The notes beneath the pieces were generated by a model. That model had not been told where the DNA came from. It searched no databases and worked only from the letters and a program-made list of their open reading frames with translations. DNA of 64,000 nucleotides from Phoronis australis (Eukaryota > Animalia > Phoronida), in assembly GCA_002633005.1 (NCBI GenBank), contig NMRA01000059.1, positions 485,883 through 549,882 of the forward strand, written 5' to 3'. Below, in pieces: positions 10,401 to 64,000 of this stretch (position 1 is its first letter; each line of letters opens with the position of its first letter). Position numbers and translations under genes: made by a program.

Positions 10401-12956
10401 AAAGGAAACATTTTCTGTGGAGACAGGCATCTATTTCATAGAGTGCTCGGCCTCTTTTCTGATTTATCTGCTCATTTCCTTAACACTTGATCACATTTGA
10501 CGTCTATATTTAACTGGAATGTCAAGCAATTATTTTTATATCTGACGGCAGAATACACCACAGGAAATAATGTAAGTTCTTTTTGAATATAGACGTGTTT
10601 CAAATTATGGCAATACAAAAGTAGATATTTTCTGAAAGTGGAAATTCTCTAGAATTTGATTTTTGACCTTATACCAACCTGCCATGGCCTGGAAAAATTA
10701 TTTATTTTTATAAGTTGATGCATGAGAGGTTCCAGGTAAGGTGGTCTTTTTTGCATAGTAATTAGTGTTTAAAGAGTTTGATAGTATTTAAAATTGTTTG
10801 GTGAACTTGCTTAGATTTCAAATTGCTGTTGTCATATGTACTTGTTGGTTAAATTGATAAATGTTTACCTAACAAAAAACAAAGAAAATGCCACTAGTCA
10901 CGTGTCTTAGTTTTTTTAAGAAAGGTACCTTTACAGCAAAACAACAGGATCGATAAATATGACCAAATTTCAAATGATGTAAATGTTGAACATAAAGTTT
11001 TAAAAATGCTGTTGTTTTATGCATTTTTCATAATTGTCATTGATACACAAGTCCTAGTTTTGATAGCCCCTGCCCTCGTGCTGAAGTGGAACATTGTGAA
11101 AACAATCCCCTACAACATTTTGGAACACAGTGTACTGTTAAAGTATGGTAACATAGTATCATGTGAAGCCAATTAGCCTTCGCTGGATTATCATGTTCCC
11201 AAGTTGTCCAAAATAGGAATTTTTCTAAGGTCCTACATATCAGCATTACCAACAATCATGATCCTTTGGATATTTCAATGAGAAGCTTTTAAACAATCAT
11301 ACATTCCTCGATGGTTACAAAAACGTATGCACAGAAATTATGCATGGGACCTTGTAGTTACATAACCATGTTTTTTCTAGAAAATCATGATTTTTCATGG
11401 TGACTGTCATGACTTCCACAGGTGTAAATAATGTTTACACAAACCTTTTTATTGATTCTATTAGTTGCAAAAGCTTGTCTGTAATTTCATTTTCAAGCCA
11501 TTTAGCCTGAGAAAACGTCTGTCAAAATGAAGAGTTAAAAAATTCCATCGAGTGTTCAAGTCCTTATTTAACAGTCAAATTCTCTGGTTTAGAGGCCTAG
11601 GAAGGCAATCACAGACGCGTTTGTGTAGCTAGGGGAGTTTATAAAACAGACTTTTGAGTTTGAACTGAAAATTCTCAAGTCCAAAGTATGTTCATGACAA
11701 ACCTAATTGTCTATAAAAAATACGAGTCACATGACTACGAACAGCATAGCATTATTTTTGTGTACTTAATGAATTTCTGTGGTCATAAGGATTTTAAAAA
11801 TATTTTGCTTGTTGAAAATAAAGAAATATGACTCTTGGTAGTTTGCTCGTTTTTGTAAGAAACTTTCCAGTTTAACCTAGTTATCATTTGTAACTGAAGC
11901 CATTTGCGTGTCATTTCAGAAACTGAACCAGGTGGTGCTGTGGGACAAGATCATAAAGCGTGGTCAGAACACTGTGTTGGATTACAAGAGTATGAATACC
12001 AAGTATTACTTCTGGGATGACGGGCATGGGCTGAAGTAAGTAAACAAGTCTAGCCATGTGATGACTGAAGTTTGCAAGTTCATTCCTATTCTTCAGTTAG
12101 CTTTAGAATGGAGTTTGTTGTAAGAAGTTAAATCTGTAGAAATCAGGGCTTGGAATGACCAATGACAAAAAAGAGGAAAAAATTCCAGGTGATGTAATGT
12201 TCCACAATTAAATAGGCTAGTTTGATAGAAACATTTTTTGTGTTGTAAAATTTAAGTGAAATAAATGCAAGTCAAAATAATGCTAAAAAGAGATGAAAAA
12301 GAGGAAACTGGAAATGAAATAAGAGAAAATTCCAAGCCCTGAGAAAATTTTACTGTAGATCTGCTCTGTAGTTTCTTTAGTATAGAACACAATGTGCAGA
12401 ATTGATTGGAATTTCATTTTATCAATTTCCTCAACAAAATTAGTAACTAAAAGATCGAAATCATTGTTTTTCTTTTAACCAAATTTTGGACTGTATAGCT
12501 GTTGCAATGAAATACTTGGGTGATTTCATTTTGAATGTTTGCAGCAGTGCAGTATTTTTTGTATTTTTTGAAAAATGCATTTTGGCATTTCAATTTGTTT
12601 AAAATTGAGGAAAACTTTTTTTCTTTAAAATGAACACAGCAGTAATAAGTTAGAGGTTTTTATGAAAAATTAAGAATTTATTTGGCAACCTTTGCTGAGC
12701 ATTGGGTGAAAAGTCTTGAACAACTGTTTGTTTCTGGCGACTTTCCATTCAAACTTTCGTAGTTTCCCTCACTTAAAAGTTAGTAATTTTGTTCTTTTGT
12801 GTAACAATTAATGTCCTCTTTTTCAGGGGCAATCAAAATGTAACCCTAACTCTGGCGTGGAACGTTATTCCCAATGCTGGCACTCTGCCAAAGATTGGAG
12901 GAGACGGATCATTCACCTTCAAATTCCCAAACGAGTACACAACCAGCAGAATGTAA
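7291..12956 (+). CDS. SPCS3: Signal peptidase complex subunit 3 (SPC22/23), complete, 179 aa; exons 7291-7433, 10028-10101, 10495-10571, 11920-12035, 12827-12956
   Basis: [32 protein letters not shown]...[33 protein letters not shown]...[10 protein letters not shown]...[30 protein letters not shown]; the 540-nt CDS is in frame. Confidence 0.97.
8097..8172 (-). mobile_element. tRNA-derived SINE head; the body probably extends toward ~7870
   Basis: Pol III A box TAGCTGAATGG and B box GGTTCGATTCC on the - strand, without a good cloverleaf. Confidence 0.55.
8297..8433. repeat. 45-bp tandem repeat, 3 copies
   Basis: TGTGGACAGCCCGGCAGTAGCCAATATGGCCATGCCCATGCCTTA. Confidence 0.9.
9430..9643. repeat. 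52-bp tandem repeat, 4 copies
   Basis: CTGGGACTGGCATATTGTAGCAGCTTGTTGTCACTACCTCGGAACTCACTGA. Confidence 0.9.
10028..10101 (+). CDS. SPCS3: SPCS3 exon 2
   Basis: [24 protein letters not shown]; followed by an ATATCCTTT donor. Confidence 0.95.
10102..10494 (+). other. SPCS3: U12-type (minor spliceosome) AT-AC intron
   Basis: 5' ATATCCTTTT, branch site TTCCTTAAC at 10476-10484, 3' ...TCAC; the junction restores Q-T-D-L in frame. Confidence 0.95.
10495..10571 (+). CDS. SPCS3: SPCS3 exon 3
   Basis: [26 protein letters not shown]; donor gtaagt. Confidence 0.95.
11920..12035 (+). CDS. SPCS3: SPCS3 exon 4
   Basis: [38 protein letters not shown]; cag/gtaagt. Confidence 0.95.
12144..12341. mobile_element. 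Small hAT-like MITE
   Basis: Perfect 13-bp TIR CAGGGCTTGGAAT...ATTCCAAGCCCTG; no clean 8-bp TSD. Confidence 0.5.
12827..12956 (+). CDS. SPCS3: SPCS3 exon 5 (last coding exon)
   Basis: [42 protein letters not shown]. Confidence 0.95.
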
Positions 12957-13270
12957 ACACCACTCATCAGCTCATCCCATCTTTTTATTGTTGTTATTAT
13001 CCGTTTTAGGTTAGAGATGGTCCATAATTATCATCAATTTCATGCAGCATATTGGAAGTATGCTGATAATTATGGATGATCCCTTAATAAGTTTATTGTT
13101 GTTGCATTATACTGTACAGCAAATGTTGGAAGTTGGAAAACCTTTTTGTAATTTTTCCTTTTGTGGTGAGATTTTCCATGGATGGAACTAAAACTCCTTC
13201 CTCAAACCTTTTGAACTTAGCAGTTGTTCCAATCAAATGAAAATAATGTAAAAACGACAATAGATCAAGA

Positions 13271-13288
13271 AATAAATTTATTAATAAA
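13271..13288. terminator. Candidate poly(A) signals on both strands
   Basis: AATAAA-TTTATT-AATAAA between the convergent SPCS3 and mTOR stop codons. Confidence 0.5.
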
Positions 13289-13978
13289 TACACGTTGCAA
13301 TCTCCTTCACATGCACCGGGCTTAACAGAAAATAGATGATGATGAATTTATAACGGACAAGCCGTAGCGGAGTTTTGCCTAAGAACATACCTTCAAATAA
13401 TACTTAAAATGATCAACAAAAACGATTGCAGTCAATAAACGTCTTGTAAAATACTTGTCACTCCTTGTAAGCATGTCAGTGATTAGTGACAGGTTGGGTG
13501 ATACAATGGCATTTTGTTAGGAATCCTGGCAGTTATGCAAGTATCGACTGCGTATCAACACTCCGGTTGAGTTTACAAGGGCATTCTAACTGTTCTGCCT
13601 TTCATTACCTATGACTTGATTGACAAGTCTATACACAACAGTGTTACAAATCAATCTGTTTTCAGGTACTCTAAAGTCACTACGTGACACAAGTGAAATG
13701 ACCAAGGTGTATAACTACATACATTCATATAGTCAGGTGGTACTCTTAACCCAAAGAAACCCTCAAGCTCTTGAGCTGCCTTCTACTCTCCATTATAACC
13801 ATGCTAGAAATACAGGTCTTTGCTTGAAATTAACACCACTAATGAATATTGAGTCGCCTGTAAATTGAACCTCTCCAGGCTTGAAGCACCATTTATCATC
13901 TGGTTTAACTTGAAAGTGTCCGTCCTCTCACAGCTGAACCACATATTTAACCTGATGTCCACTGTCTAATTATAGAGC

Positions 13979-63580
<49,602 letters not shown>

Positions 63581-64000
63581 CTAAAAAGAGAAGATGAGTG
63601 AGAGTGAATTGACACAGAACAGGCCGTTGCTTATAACAGCTTATTATTTTAAATGGCTATTCTTATTATTTAAAATGACACAGACAAAAAATCCATTTTC
63701 AAGCTTCAAAAATGAGGCCCCTTTATCAATGTATAATGCAAGGGGCCCTGCTCCTGGTGGTCTTCAGGCAGGGGGGCCCTGCAAATTAATATAGGTGGCA
63801 TCCACTTCTGAGGTTCCAAAATAAATTATTTATGTCATTTCAATATGACATAGGCAAGAAATTCATTTTTGAGCTGCAAAAGTGCTCTCCCCCACTATTG
63901 ATATTGGGGAACCCCACATGATATAGGGAGAATCCACTCTTGGTGGTATTCAGGCGGGGCCGCCTATATTTATATAAGGGTCTCACCTCTGAGGCTCAAA

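Noticed and set aside
63690-64000. Degenerate GC-rich direct repeats at the window end
   Set aside because: Probably the edge of an interspersed repeat, but truncated and unclassifiable

Overview
Intron-rich animal genomic DNA, AT-rich and probably a marine invertebrate such as a mollusc (taxon is inference). Three protein-coding genes were rebuilt by hand from splice sites and reading-frame phase. (1) The 5' four coding exons of lysosomal Pro-X carboxypeptidase PRCP (- strand, 2053-6912; the gene continues left of the window). (2) A complete 5-exon, 179-aa SPCS3 (+ strand, 7291-12956), head-to-head with PRCP, whose intron 2 is an AT-AC minor-spliceosome intron. (3) Nearly all of mTOR (- strand, 48 distinct coding exons, 13979-63580; the first exons lie right of the window), tail-to-tail with SPCS3. 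Two mTOR segments appear twice, each pair joined by a single N (14951, 24608); these are most likely two haplotypes left uncollapsed. Introns carry a decayed Merlin transposase, several MITEs, a tRNA-derived SINE head and many minisatellites. I found no CRISPR array and no convincing new multi-gene system. The best leads are three substitutions at conserved mTOR ATP-site positions, three separate duplications of mTOR exon-end/5' splice sites, an intronic MiT/TFE (CLEAR/M-box) motif array, a haplotype-specific transposon insertion and a candidate cassette exon.
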